Positions 19,906-29,271 of a stretch of 64,000 bases of DNA are shown here, one piece after another. The position numbers and the translations under genes are program-made. The stretch covers positions 21,171-85,170 of the forward strand of contig JAYQON010000002.1 of NCBI GenBank assembly GCA_038144835.1, given 5' to 3'. The DNA is from Bdellovibrionales bacterium. Lineage in GTDB: Bacteria > Bdellovibrionota > Bdellovibrionia > Bdellovibrionales > UBA1609. Positions within the stretch are counted from its first letter, which is position 1. Each line of letters begins with the position of its first letter. The notes beneath the pieces are model-generated. The model made no database searches. It was not told the DNA's origin and worked only from the letters and a program-made list of their open reading frames with translations.

Positions 19906-20670
19906 ATGTTGTTATCAATTCGCAACCTGCGCGCGCAAATCAGTGAAAAAGAAGTATTAAAGGGAATCAACCTCGACATTAAAGCGGGAGAGGTTCACGC
20001 GATCATGGGGCCGAATGGTTCGGGTAAGAGTACTTTGTCCAAAATCCTAGCTGGGCATCCCGATTACCAAGTGACCGGTGGGGAGGTAGATTATGAAATT
20101 AATTTTGAGGCGCGTGATCTAATAGCAATGTCGCCGGATGAACGCGCTCGTGAAGGCGTGTTTTTAGCTTTCCAATATCCAATTGAGGTGCCTGGCGTAT
20201 CAAACATGTCTTTTTTGCGTTCGGCTTTCAATTCTATCTGCAAACATCAGGGTGTTTCAGAAATGGATGAGGACGAATTTCGATGTTTTGTGGAAAATAA
20301 GGCAAAGATTGTTGATATGAACCCATCTTTTTTAGATCGGGCGGTGAATGAAGGTTTCTCTGGTGGAGAAAAAAAGAGAAATGAGATCCTGCAAATGGCC
20401 GTGCTCAACCCCAGGCTGGCAATTTTAGATGAGACTGATTCGGGACTTGATATTGATTCTTTAAAAATTGTCGCTTCAGGAGTTAACAAGCTACGCAACT
20501 CCAATAATGCGATTCTTTTGATTACCCATTATCAACGTCTGCTTGATTATATCCAGCCTGATTTTGTTCATGTTTTGCATTCTGGTCGAATTGTTCAATC
20601 GGGCGATAAATCACTGGCTCTCAAATTAGAAAAGCAGGGTTATGATTGGATATTGAGGAACGACGCATGA
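19906..20670 (+). CDS. sufC: Fe-S cluster assembly ATPase SufC
   Basis: Walker [13 protein letters not shown] signature FSGGEKKR, Walker [13 protein letters not shown]. Start moved to ATG 19906 (MLLSIRNL), just after the sufB stop. Confidence 0.95.
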   Translation: MLLSIRNLRAQISEKEVLKGINLDIKAGEVHAIMGPNGSGKSTLSKILAGHPDYQVTGGEVDYEINFEARDLIAMSPDERAREGVFLAFQYPIEVPGVSNMSFLRSAFNSICKHQGVSEMDEDEFRCFVENKAKIVDMNPSFLDRAVNEGFSGGEKKRNEILQMAVLNPRLAILDETDSGLDIDSLKIVASGVNKLRNSNNAILLITHYQRLLDYIQPDFVHVLHSGRIVQSGDKSLALKLEKQGYDWILRNDA

Positions 20671-21929
20671 GTTGGGTTGATTTCGCAGCAGCTCAGTACC
20701 ATAACTTCGTTCATTCGGCTCCCACAGAGGCAGAGGCACTTTTTCGTCGGCAAGCATGGGATGAGTATACTCGTTTGGGTCTTCCTGATCGAAAAAATGA
20801 CTCTTGGAGATACACTACTTTGTCGGGTCTAGAAAAAGTGAAGTGGGCGAGCGCGCTTGGCGGTCTTCCGGTTCTGCAAAAGGGCTTGCGCCTTCGCGAC
20901 GAATTGAAAAATGAATTCGATGTATTGATCATTCAAAATGGAGAACTGCGGTTTGAGGATTCTATTGTTGATACTTCTGTTTTTCGCTTGCAGAAGGTGG
21001 CATTTGCTCCGGGTGAAACTTTTAATGATGGCTTTTTGGGATTAACGGCTGCGGCAAGTTTGCCGGGGGCTTCCATTTCGTTGACGGCGGGAGTAAGGCC
21101 AGCCAAGCCTCTGTTAATTATGCATATCGGAGTTGGAGAAAAGGCATGGACGAGAAGCTATCACCAGCTTTTTGTCGGTGCCGGCGCACACCTTGATGTT
21201 GTGGAACTTTTTTTGGGCGTAGACAAATACCTGCGTAGCGAGATTATACGTCTTGAGGCGGCTGATCGCGCACAGGTAAATTGGCTGAGAATCCAGGACG
21301 AGTCGGGAGAAGCTTGCCACTTTAGTGATGTCCGGGCGGCCTTGAGCGCTGAAGCCATTCTGAATTTGGCTCAGTTAAATATAGGGGCTTCTTGGGTGCG
21401 TTCTACCCTGGGCGTCGATGTGCGTGGAGGGTCTGCAGAGGCGAATATTTTTGGTTTGAATCTTGGAAGTGGTCAGCAGGAGACAGATCAAAGAGTCGTG
21501 GTAAACCACTGGGCGGCGCAGTCTAACTCATCGCAACTGTTCAAGGGAGTACTGAAAGATCGAGCTCGAGCTGTAATGAACGGACGCATTTTCATCGCCC
21601 AGAACGCGCAAAAGGTAATTTCCCGGCAATTGAATCACAATCTGTTGCTGTCTTCCGGAGCCGAAGCCAACACCAAGCCTGAACTTGAAATTTATGCTGA
21701 CGACGTCAAAGCGAACCATGGAGCTTCAGTTGGACGATTAGATGAGGATAAGATTTTTTATCTAGAAAGCCGTGGAATACCAAGAGCTGAGGCTCTACAA
21801 CTTCTAGCCAAGGCTTTTGCCACAGATATTCTGATGAAGATTTCTCCCGAGCCCTGTCGCCTTTTAGCGGAAAAAATTTTAAGCCAGACTCTTCCTGAGT
21901 TTGTGCGACAAATGGAGTATGGTGGATGA
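20667..21929 (+). CDS. sufD: Fe-S cluster assembly protein SufD
   Basis: SufB/D beta-helix C-terminus ([37 protein letters not shown]). ATG 20667 overlaps the sufC stop as ATGA. Confidence 0.85.
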   Translation: MSWVDFAAAQYHNFVHSAPTEAEALFRRQAWDEYTRLGLPDRKNDSWRYTTLSGLEKVKWASALGGLPVLQKGLRLRDELKNEFDVLIIQNGELRFEDSIVDTSVFRLQKVAFAPGETFNDGFLGLTAAASLPGASISLTAGVRPAKPLLIMHIGVGEKAWTRSYHQLFVGAGAHLDVVELFLGVDKYLRSEIIRLEAADRAQVNWLRIQDESGEACHFSDVRAALSAEAILNLAQLNIGASWVRSTLGVDVRGGSAEANIFGLNLGSGQQETDQRVVVNHWAAQSNSSQLFKGVLKDRARAVMNGRIFIAQNAQKVISRQLNHNLLLSSGAEANTKPELEIYADDVKANHGASVGRLDEDKIFYLESRGIPRAEALQLLAKAFATDILMKISPEPCRLLAEKILSQTLPEFVRQMEYGG

Positions 21930-23149
21930 CAATGGCGTTACTACGAGAGATTCGCGAACAGTTTCCGCAGTTGCAGCAATTGATTCGTGGTCGTAGGCTA
22001 GTGTACCTTGATAGCGCAGCGACAACGCTTAAGCCTAGAAGGGTGATTGAGGCTGTTCATCAGCATCTTTCTTTCCGTGTAGCTAACGTGCATCGAGGGG
22101 CTCATTTTCTAAGCGATGAGGCGACAGAGTGTTTTGAAAATGTCCGCGAGCAAGTGCGGGCGTATCTTGGCGCCGAAAGTAAGAGTGAAATTATATTCAC
22201 CCGAGGAACAACAGAGAGTTTAAATCTTTTGGCCAGTGGTTTAGCTGCCTCTTTCTTAAATGAGGGTGATGAGATTTTATTGAGTCAAATGGAACATCAT
22301 TCCAACATTGTTCCTTGGCAAATGGCTGCTGCTAAACGAAAAGCTTTGGTTCGTTTTATTCCAGTTTTGGATGACGGAACTTTGGACTTTGTTGCTTTTA
22401 AAAAAATGCTCTCTCAACGGACAAAAATTGTTAGTTTGGTCCATCTTTCCAATGTTTTGGGTACGGTAAATCCTTTGGCCAGTTTTTTTCGTGAGGCACG
22501 CTCCTATGGTGCCTTATGTGTAGCTGATGTCGCTCAGTCTGTATCAACACAACCTAATCTGGTAGCGGATTTAGATTGTGATTTTTTGGCCTTTTCTGGA
22601 CACAAGATGTTTGCGCCAACCGGTGTCGGGGTTCTGTATGGTCGCTATGGACTGCTTGAGAAGCTGCCGCCTTATCAAGGTGGAGGCTCAATGATATCCG
22701 AAGTACGTGAAGATGGCTTTACGGTATTACCACCGCCACACAGATTCGAAGCGGGCACTCCTTCGATCGCTGAGGTTGTTGCTCTGGGAGCAGCAATAGA
22801 TTTTATAAATGAAGTTGGCTTTGATTTTATCCATTCTCATGAACGTATGGTGACGAATTTTGCCGAAGAGTGCATGGCCAGAGTTGCCGGAATTGAGTGT
22901 CTGGGCATTTCTGGTCAACGTAGTCATGTGCTCTCTTTTCTTCTCGCCGGACAACACCCATCAGATGTCGGAGCGATACTTGATGAACAGGGTGTCGCGG
23001 TCAGGGCAGGACACCACTGCTGTCAACCACTGATGCGTAGTTTAGAAATTCCAGGTACCGTGCGTGCATCTTTTTCAGTTTATACCTCCGAAGAAGATAT
23101 TAACGATTTGTTAAATGCAATTTCCAAAGCAAAGGATATGCTGTCATGA
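21926..23149 (+). CDS. sufS: cysteine desulfurase SufS (class V aminotransferase)
   Basis: YLDSAATT, PLP-Lys motif SGHKM, and active-site RAGHHCCQPL. Confidence 0.9.
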   Translation: MTMALLREIREQFPQLQQLIRGRRLVYLDSAATTLKPRRVIEAVHQHLSFRVANVHRGAHFLSDEATECFENVREQVRAYLGAESKSEIIFTRGTTESLNLLASGLAASFLNEGDEILLSQMEHHSNIVPWQMAAAKRKALVRFIPVLDDGTLDFVAFKKMLSQRTKIVSLVHLSNVLGTVNPLASFFREARSYGALCVADVAQSVSTQPNLVADLDCDFLAFSGHKMFAPTGVGVLYGRYGLLEKLPPYQGGGSMISEVREDGFTVLPPPHRFEAGTPSIAEVVALGAAIDFINEVGFDFIHSHERMVTNFAEECMARVAGIECLGISGQRSHVLSFLLAGQHPSDVGAILDEQGVAVRAGHHCCQPLMRSLEIPGTVRASFSVYTSEEDINDLLNAISKAKDMLS

Positions 23150-23721
23150 GCTTTTCAATGAGCACTGAGGATATTCTCATTCGAACGCTTCCTACACCGA
23201 ACCCATGGGCCATTAAATTTGTTATTAATGCTCCATTCAAAGAGACTGGTAAGGCGACTTTTAACTCGCCAGCCGAGTGTGAAGATTTGCCTTTGGTGAG
23301 GGACTTATTTTTCATTGAAGGCGTTAAGCAAGTTCACTTGTTTCAAAACACGCTAACAGTCACGCAGACGGGAGAACTTGAATATGACGACTTGGAACAA
23401 AAAGTAAATGCAGTAATTGTATCCCGTTACCCTATGCATAACCCTAAGTTCGGTGAAGAAGCGAAAATTAAGCCGCGTCCGCGCAGCGACGATCCACAAA
23501 TACAAATGATTGAAGAAATTTTGGATCGCACGATCCGTCCAGGGCTACAGGCCGATGGTGGAGACGTAGAGGTCGTCAGTCTCGAAAATAATGAATTAAA
23601 GATAGTATATCAGGGAGCTTGTGGAGGTTGCCCTTCGTCAATGATGGGGACTTTAGATGCGATTCAGGGAATCCTTCGCAATGAATTGAACAATCAAGAT
23701 TTGTCGGTAATTCCAATCTAA
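23146..23721 (+). CDS. nfu: Nfu-type Fe-S carrier (Nfu_N + NifU C-terminal domain)
   Basis: N-terminal TPNPWAIKF Nfu_N-like region. C-terminal GDVEVVSLENNELKIVYQGACGGCPSS with a CxxC. Confidence 0.8.
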   Translation: MSFSMSTEDILIRTLPTPNPWAIKFVINAPFKETGKATFNSPAECEDLPLVRDLFFIEGVKQVHLFQNTLTVTQTGELEYDDLEQKVNAVIVSRYPMHNPKFGEEAKIKPRPRSDDPQIQMIEEILDRTIRPGLQADGGDVEVVSLENNELKIVYQGACGGCPSSMMGTLDAIQGILRNELNNQDLSVIPI

Positions 23722-23729
23722 TTTGGCAA

Positions 23730-24317
23730 TCAATGAAAGACCTTAAATCTAGTTTTTTCTTGATAGTGCTCTTGGGTAGACTTTAAAAGCTCTTTCTTGC
23801 TTTCATCGAGGAGATTTTGAATCAGAGTATTGTACTGAGTGGCATCAGCGAAGCGCGTTTGACCTTGAGTAGCTCCAGCGACAAAGTGCACGCGATGGTT
23901 GTCGCCGGTGAGAGTTTTTAGAGTCAACTCAAGCCGAACCGGTTGCCCGCCAGTGATCGACAAAAGGCTTCCGTTGACACTGCCGTTAACAACCTCGACT
24001 CCCTCCGGAAGGCCCCACTTATAATCAATATTTCCAAGCGATTCATCTGAAGAAATTGTTCCTTGGAGCACAAAAGTGTCTCCGGGTTTTTCTGGTTTGC
24101 TTCCAAGTAAAGTAATTTGTACCTCTAAAGGGCCACGTAATTTTTGCGTGTGTCTATGCAGTGAATTTGGCATTTCTTTAAAAATCCAATTTTTGCCGGT
24201 TTTAATCTGCGCAGGGTGGCGATGGAAGCTATCGCTGTTATTATCGGCGGTAATGGTCGCAATGCCTATCGCAAGCATAAATATAAAAAGGACTATTGCA
24301 CGAGAGTTGTTGGACAT
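23730..24317 (-). CDS. exported hypothetical protein
   Basis: 195 aa with an N-terminal signal/anchor (AIVLFIFMLAIGIATITA). Its start lies 25 nt inside the 3' end of the upstream protease gene. Confidence 0.5.
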   Translation of the reverse strand: MSNNSRAIVLFIFMLAIGIATITADNNSDSFHRHPAQIKTGKNWIFKEMPNSLHRHTQKLRGPLEVQITLLGSKPEKPGDTFVLQGTISSDESLGNIDYKWGLPEGVEVVNGSVNGSLLSITGGQPVRLELTLKTLTGDNHRVHFVAGATQGQTRFADATQYNTLIQNLLDESKKELLKSTQEHYQEKTRFKVFH

Positions 24318-26119
24318 AACTTAACTCCATTGAATTTCAATCGATAATTTGCGGTGCCTCCCAAAGATCCTCCCGTATAAACATTGACATTAATCAAGTG
24401 TTTGCCGGCAGGAACCGAGGTCACAGTTTCAACATTTGTTTGGGAAGGATTGGCGCCTGGTTCATCTTGGCTGTACCCACGCATATCTGAGACAACGCCC
24501 AAGCGAGCACTTTCGTTATAAATATAAAGATCTAGGTCTGCGATTGTGCCGCTGCTATTGGCGTCTTCGTACTCTAAAGTTATAGTTCCTGATCCGGTAG
24601 ATACGAAGTGATAAAAATCGTTGTTACGCAATAAATCTGAGGTGGCAAGAGTACCTGTATCGCCCACAACTCCATCCGAACTTCCTGCGGGGGTCATGCT
24701 GAAATCAGAACACGAATCAGTTGCTGTCACATATTCCGCATAGTCGGTGGTGTTTCCTCGGTGACGCTCAACACCTCGTACCCCGGTCATGTCTGTTGAT
24801 GAATAATTAAAGGCATGAGCGAGATGAAAGTGACCGACACTGCGAAAGGCAAATTTTGAGTCCTTAAATCCATTAGATGTATTTACCAGAGTTCCCCAGA
24901 GCTCATTGAATTTTCCATCTAAATTTTCACTGCTAGAAAACCTGGAATCGTTCACTGAATCAATCATATCCCAGAGCATTCGAGTTACCGAAAATTCACG
25001 AAAATTCCCTTCACCCAGAACTCTGGGGCAGTCGCCATTAATTGAATTTTGGCTTGTTGGATAACAGTCACCTCCACTCATTGGTGGAGTTTCAAGATTT
25101 GTATGGAATATTTGTTCGGTCAGAGAGCCATCATCGTTGCCTATGGTATCGATATAGTAGGGTGTTGAGTTGGCTCCATAAAGCACTGCCGCCTGGAAGA
25201 AATTGCCCCACCCTTCACTCCATGCCAAACGAGGGTCGATAATTCTATTGCCGTTATGTGAACCCCCCGGAGAGTCCGAGGCAAATAGGGCATCCTCCAG
25301 AAAATGTCCGTACTCATGCAAAACTACTGAATTATCAAAGTGATCAGTGTCTGAGTTGTTTAAATCTCCGTCTTGTCCTCCCAGAATAAAAAGGCGGGAA
25401 TAGCCGGGAAGATAGAAGCTGAGGCCTGATGACCCGCCGAAGTAGGCATTGGGATTGTAACCCGGCTCCCAATAGGCCACCACTTTTGGTGCAGATGTAA
25501 AATTGGCGACCTGCGAACGGAGGTAGGAGTTGGCTTCAAAAAATTGATCGAGAATGTTGAAGGCGCCTCCCAGGACTGAGCCATCAGCGCTAGCGGTGAT
25601 GGTACCGATGTCGATTGATGCACTCGCTGAAACGGTGGCTTGGAGTGAATAAACTTGGTTGCGCTCAGGCATATTGAGGACCGAGGCACGCAGGTACGAA
25701 GAATTGTTGCTACGGGAGTTCACCGAGATAACATAGCTGACGTTTCCTCGGGGAAGTGAAAGGTTGATTTCTCCGTTTGCACCTGTTTCTCCGCACTGCA
25801 CGACCTGACCGGATGAATTCGTTACCCGAATCTCAGCGCGGCGAATCGGGTGGGCGGTCGCGGGGTGGGTCCCGCTCGTACTTGCCGAGCCCAGACCTCC
25901 GGTTACCGAGTCACCCCATGGGTTACGCCGTATGAAATAAGCCAAACCTGTAACTGTAATTGCGTTGCTATAGGACGTTACCTGAGAACAATAAGACAGT
26001 TCGCTCGGGCCTTGAAAGGTCGGGCTGATGCGTCCATCTGGTGAAGTGGCGACCGAGTCTTTGATCTTACAACCAACCAGTGGGAATAAAAAAATGATGA
26101 GGGCCAAAAGTCGAGTCAT
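24293..26119 (-). CDS. secreted lipoprotein-type zinc metalloprotease with C-terminal PPC (pre-peptidase) domain
   Basis: Signal plus lipobox (LFPLVGC). CarboxypepD_reg-like stretch (EIRVTNSSGQVVQCGETGANGEINL). HExxH in VVLHEYGHFLED. C-terminal PPC-like beta domain (DFYHFVSTGSGTITLEY...DLDLYIYN). Confidence 0.7.
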   Translation of the reverse strand: MTRLLALIIFLFPLVGCKIKDSVATSPDGRISPTFQGPSELSYCSQVTSYSNAITVTGLAYFIRRNPWGDSVTGGLGSASTSGTHPATAHPIRRAEIRVTNSSGQVVQCGETGANGEINLSLPRGNVSYVISVNSRSNNSSYLRASVLNMPERNQVYSLQATVSASASIDIGTITASADGSVLGGAFNILDQFFEANSYLRSQVANFTSAPKVVAYWEPGYNPNAYFGGSSGLSFYLPGYSRLFILGGQDGDLNNSDTDHFDNSVVLHEYGHFLEDALFASDSPGGSHNGNRIIDPRLAWSEGWGNFFQAAVLYGANSTPYYIDTIGNDDGSLTEQIFHTNLETPPMSGGDCYPTSQNSINGDCPRVLGEGNFREFSVTRMLWDMIDSVNDSRFSSSENLDGKFNELWGTLVNTSNGFKDSKFAFRSVGHFHLAHAFNYSSTDMTGVRGVERHRGNTTDYAEYVTATDSCSDFSMTPAGSSDGVVGDTGTLATSDLLRNNDFYHFVSTGSGTITLEYEDANSSGTIADLDLYIYNESARLGVVSDMRGYSQDEPGANPSQTNVETVTSVPAGKHLINVNVYTGGSLGGTANYRLKFNGVKLCPTTLVQ

Positions 26120-26280
26120 ACCCAGTCCTCATCGGCTGGATCAGCCATTGGTTTAAGGACTTAGGTATGACTAAACTTTAGGCATTAAATGAGCTCTCGC
26201 GATCTGGAAAAAGTACCCCGATTAGGCGTAAAATGAGATTTTCCCGGCCTTCAGTCTGGATGTATGGGCTAGGTAATTCC

Positions 26281-26308
26281 TTGAATCCAGACCTACAACG
26301 CGTAAAAT
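26281..26308 (+). promoter_or_regulatory. sigma70-like promoter candidate TTGAAT-N16-TAAAAT
   Basis: Read directly: TTGAAT at 26281-26286 and TAAAAT at 26303-26308, with a 16-nt spacer. It lies 29 nt upstream of the GTG at 26337, with AAAGGGGA as a Shine-Dalgarno (SD) sequence. Confidence 0.3.
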
Positions 26309-26336
26309 AGTTCGACAAAGGGGACGAAGAAGGCCA

Positions 26337-26591
26337 GTGGAAAAAGGTTTCAACTCAGACATCTCGTATCTAGGTTGCCAATATCATGTTCAGACTGAAG
26401 ACTGGGGTAGTGCCAATCCGTTTCTAGTCAGTCGAGTATTTCGTAACGGTGCGGTGGTCAAAAGCATAAAGACCGCATACTCTGAAGTCTTGCCTCATGG
26501 ACCTTCCACTCAGTCCAAAGCCATTCGTCTGGCGATGAAGATCCAGCATCAGCAAATTCTGGACCTGTTGCTTTCTGGAAAACTTATCTAG
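26337..26591 (+). CDS. small conserved-looking hypothetical protein
   Basis: 84 aa with a GTG start. YHVQTEDWG motif region. Sits 20 nt upstream of ftsE on the same strand. Confidence 0.45.
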   Translation: MEKGFNSDISYLGCQYHVQTEDWGSANPFLVSRVFRNGAVVKSIKTAYSEVLPHGPSTQSKAIRLAMKIQHQQILDLLLSGKLI

Positions 26592-26611
26592 CGATCGATA
26601 GACTGAAAGGC

Positions 26612-27268
26612 ATGATTGAGTTTAATCATGCCTACAAGATCTTTCGCAATGGACATCAAGGCTTAAAGAACGTCACATTTAGCATTGATAAAGGTGAATT
26701 CGTATTTCTATCGGGCCCTAGTGGCGCTGGTAAGACGACATTGTTTCGACTGATATCAGCTTTTGACAAGCCAACCTCCGGAGAAGTTCATATTCTCGGT
26801 ACAGATGTCAGTAGTCTCACAGCTCAACAGATGCCTCAATTTCGCCGTCGAATCGGTGTGATCTATCAAGACTTTCGTTTACTTAACGATCGCACTGTTT
26901 GCGAAAATGTCGCGATACCCTTAGTGGTGCGAGGCGATCGGGCAAATTACATTGAAAAGCGAGTACGAGAGGTCCTTGATCAAGTTGGCTTGTCTTTTAA
27001 AATCAATTCGTTTCCAGAAGAATTGTCTGGAGGTGAACAGCAAAGAGTTGCCATAGCGAGAGCTCTAATTCATCACCCTGGTGTATTGATAGCTGATGAA
27101 CCGACAGGAAATTTAGATCAAGAGCTAAGTGTAGAAATTTTTAATCTCTTAGAAACTGTTAACGCTCAAGGAACGACGGTGTTTGTGGCCACGCATGATG
27201 CTGAGTTAATTCGGCGAAAATCATTTCGAGTTATTCGCATTCACGACGGTCAGGTGGTTGATCGATGA
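26612..27268 (+). CDS. ftsE: cell-division ABC ATPase FtsE
   Basis: Walker A GPSGAGKTT, signature LSGGEQQR, Walker B LIADEPTGNLD. 218 aa. Confidence 0.9.
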   Translation: MIEFNHAYKIFRNGHQGLKNVTFSIDKGEFVFLSGPSGAGKTTLFRLISAFDKPTSGEVHILGTDVSSLTAQQMPQFRRRIGVIYQDFRLLNDRTVCENVAIPLVVRGDRANYIEKRVREVLDQVGLSFKINSFPEELSGGEQQRVAIARALIHHPGVLIADEPTGNLDQELSVEIFNLLETVNAQGTTVFVATHDAELIRRKSFRVIRIHDGQVVDR

Positions 27269-28185
27269 ATGGATCACTTGTTCGACAACACGTTCTTCGT
27301 GCTTGGAAGAAACATTGGCCTCTGCAAATGGCCTCAGTCACAGTCATGACCCTTGTTTTGGTTATCATGAACCTTCTTTTTCTAGCCTTCACAGCCTTTA
27401 ATCGCACCGTTGAGCACTGGGGTCGTGGTCTTGAAATGATCGTCTATCTTAAAGAAAACGTGCCGTCGTCAACGGTAGAAAAATTTCATCGAGAAATTGA
27501 GTCAAGTGGCCAATTTGATGAAATTCACTTCACCACTAAAGGTGACGCCACTAAAAAATTTTTGCAGGCATTAGGACCCGAATCTCTGGAGCTTTTAAAA
27601 GATCCGGGATGGAACTCACCCATTCCTGCAAGTTTAGAGTTGCGTCTTTCAGCGTCCATACCTTCACAGCGGCGGGTGTTTGCTCTTCAGGAATGGAGTG
27701 CTCGCTTTAGGGGCCTCGAATATGTGGACGATGTCTTTTATGGCCAGGGCTGGGTAGAAAATTTTTCGCGTTTTTTAGCCAGTGCACGTGGTCTTGTGGC
27801 TATGATTTGGACTTTGAGTTTAAGTGTTGGTCTTTTAATCGTTAGCAATTGTATACGGCTTTCCTTTCTACAAAGAAAAGAAGAGATAGAAATTCTCGAA
27901 CTGGTCGGAGCTACACCCGCATTTATTCGCACTCCGTTTCTGGTTGAAGGCATCGTCTTGGGAATTTTGTCTTCTTTGCTCTCATTACTTTTGAGCTACT
28001 CCATTCACGCGGTTTTGATTAATTGGATGCGCTCTGAGTGGAGCTTTTGGTTTGCTTTCAGTGAGCTGCCACCACTTCAGCCTTGGTATATTTTGACAAA
28101 TATTCTTGCTGGTGTTGGGTTTGGAGCGCTCGGAGCATGGAACTGTGTCCGACGCTTAAATACCGGATGGTCGGCGGCGGGGTAG
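27265..28185 (+). CDS. ftsX: cell-division permease-like protein FtsX
   Basis: 4-TM FtsX topology with a large first periplasmic loop. 4-nt overlap with ftsE. Confidence 0.85.
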   Translation: MNGSLVRQHVLRAWKKHWPLQMASVTVMTLVLVIMNLLFLAFTAFNRTVEHWGRGLEMIVYLKENVPSSTVEKFHREIESSGQFDEIHFTTKGDATKKFLQALGPESLELLKDPGWNSPIPASLELRLSASIPSQRRVFALQEWSARFRGLEYVDDVFYGQGWVENFSRFLASARGLVAMIWTLSLSVGLLIVSNCIRLSFLQRKEEIEILELVGATPAFIRTPFLVEGIVLGILSSLLSLLLSYSIHAVLINWMRSEWSFWFAFSELPPLQPWYILTNILAGVGFGALGAWNCVRRLNTGWSAAG

Positions 28186-28186
28186 G

Positions 28187-29260
28187 ATGATCGCCTTTCT
28201 ATTTTTAGTTCAAAATCTATGTGCTCAAGAGGAAAAATCAACGATCGTTGATCAAACTCGCGTAGGCATCAGCCGAATGGAAAAGCGACAACGAGAAGCT
28301 CTAAGCCAAATCTTTTCTTTGAATCGTAGAATTAAATCACTGGCCAGAAAGCGCTCTGAGATCAACTCCCGACTGATGTCACAAGAAGCCGCCGTAAGAC
28401 AAGCTGCTCAAGATCTCAATCTTCTGGAAAACAAAACTATAGATCAAAAGGCTATGTTGAATCGACGATTACGCCAGCTTTACCAAGGACAAGATCGCCA
28501 TAGCTTACAGTTACTTTTTTCGGCACGGACTCCTGTTGAGCTCGAGCGAAATCATCGCTTTTTAAAACGGATGATTGATGTAGATCACGATCATCTTAAA
28601 AATTATCTAGCCCACCTTAGAGCAATGAAATCAAAACGTGAAGCCCTCAAAGCCATTGTTGCTCAATTGGCAGAGTCGCAAAGAGAAATGGACAAGCAAG
28701 AAAAGACCATCATCTCAGATCTGCGCGAGAAGTCTGTTTTAGTGGCGAAGCTTCGTGAGGATAAAAATCTCAAGATCGCTCAACTCAGAGAGCTACGTGA
28801 CCAGAGTCCAGAGAGTCAGAAATCATATGCATTTTTTGAGAGACGGGGTCTAATGACACCCCCCATTGAAGCCATTGTAAAGCGTGAATATGGTGCCTTT
28901 GTTGATTTTCAGCATCGCTTCCAGTTGATGCACAAGGGAATTTTCTATTCGGTTGATCGAGTCAGTGAGGTCAGAGCTGTGCACTCGGGCAAAGTTGCTT
29001 TGGCAGCTCAAATTCCTGGGTACGGTGAAACCATGATCATAGATCATGGAGACAGTTACTATTCTGTTTATGCTCATCTTAGGCATCTTAAGCATAAGGA
29101 GGGAGCCAATGTTCACGAGGGAGAAGTGCTGGCATTGACCGGAGATCATTCACCACTCTTTGGACCAGGACTTTACTTTGAGCTTCGTCATTTTGCAGAT
29201 GCCATTGACCCTAAACCATGGATCAAGGAATCTGTAATGAAGACGGCCAACTCCTTTTGA
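28187..29260 (+). CDS. EnvC-like murein hydrolase activator (coiled coil + degenerate LytM/M23 domain)
   Basis: Long N-terminal coiled coil, then an M23 fold (IIDHGDSYYSVYAHL). The catalytic motifs are degenerate: HKGIFYS replaces HxGxD and GLYFELRH replaces HLHFE, as in non-catalytic EnvC. Confidence 0.8.
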   Translation: MIAFLFLVQNLCAQEEKSTIVDQTRVGISRMEKRQREALSQIFSLNRRIKSLARKRSEINSRLMSQEAAVRQAAQDLNLLENKTIDQKAMLNRRLRQLYQGQDRHSLQLLFSARTPVELERNHRFLKRMIDVDHDHLKNYLAHLRAMKSKREALKAIVAQLAESQREMDKQEKTIISDLREKSVLVAKLREDKNLKIAQLRELRDQSPESQKSYAFFERRGLMTPPIEAIVKREYGAFVDFQHRFQLMHKGIFYSVDRVSEVRAVHSGKVALAAQIPGYGETMIIDHGDSYYSVYAHLRHLKHKEGANVHEGEVLALTGDHSPLFGPGLYFELRHFADAIDPKPWIKESVMKTANSF

Positions 29261-29271
29261 AAGGGAGATTT

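Noticed and set aside
26226-26308. 9-bp direct repeat GCGTAAAAT at 26226-26234 and 26300-26308, considered as a regulator site.
   Set aside because: The second copy is adequately explained as the -10 element of a TTGAAT-N16-TAAAAT promoter. Two copies of a 9-mer that includes an AT-rich hexamer is weak evidence on its own.
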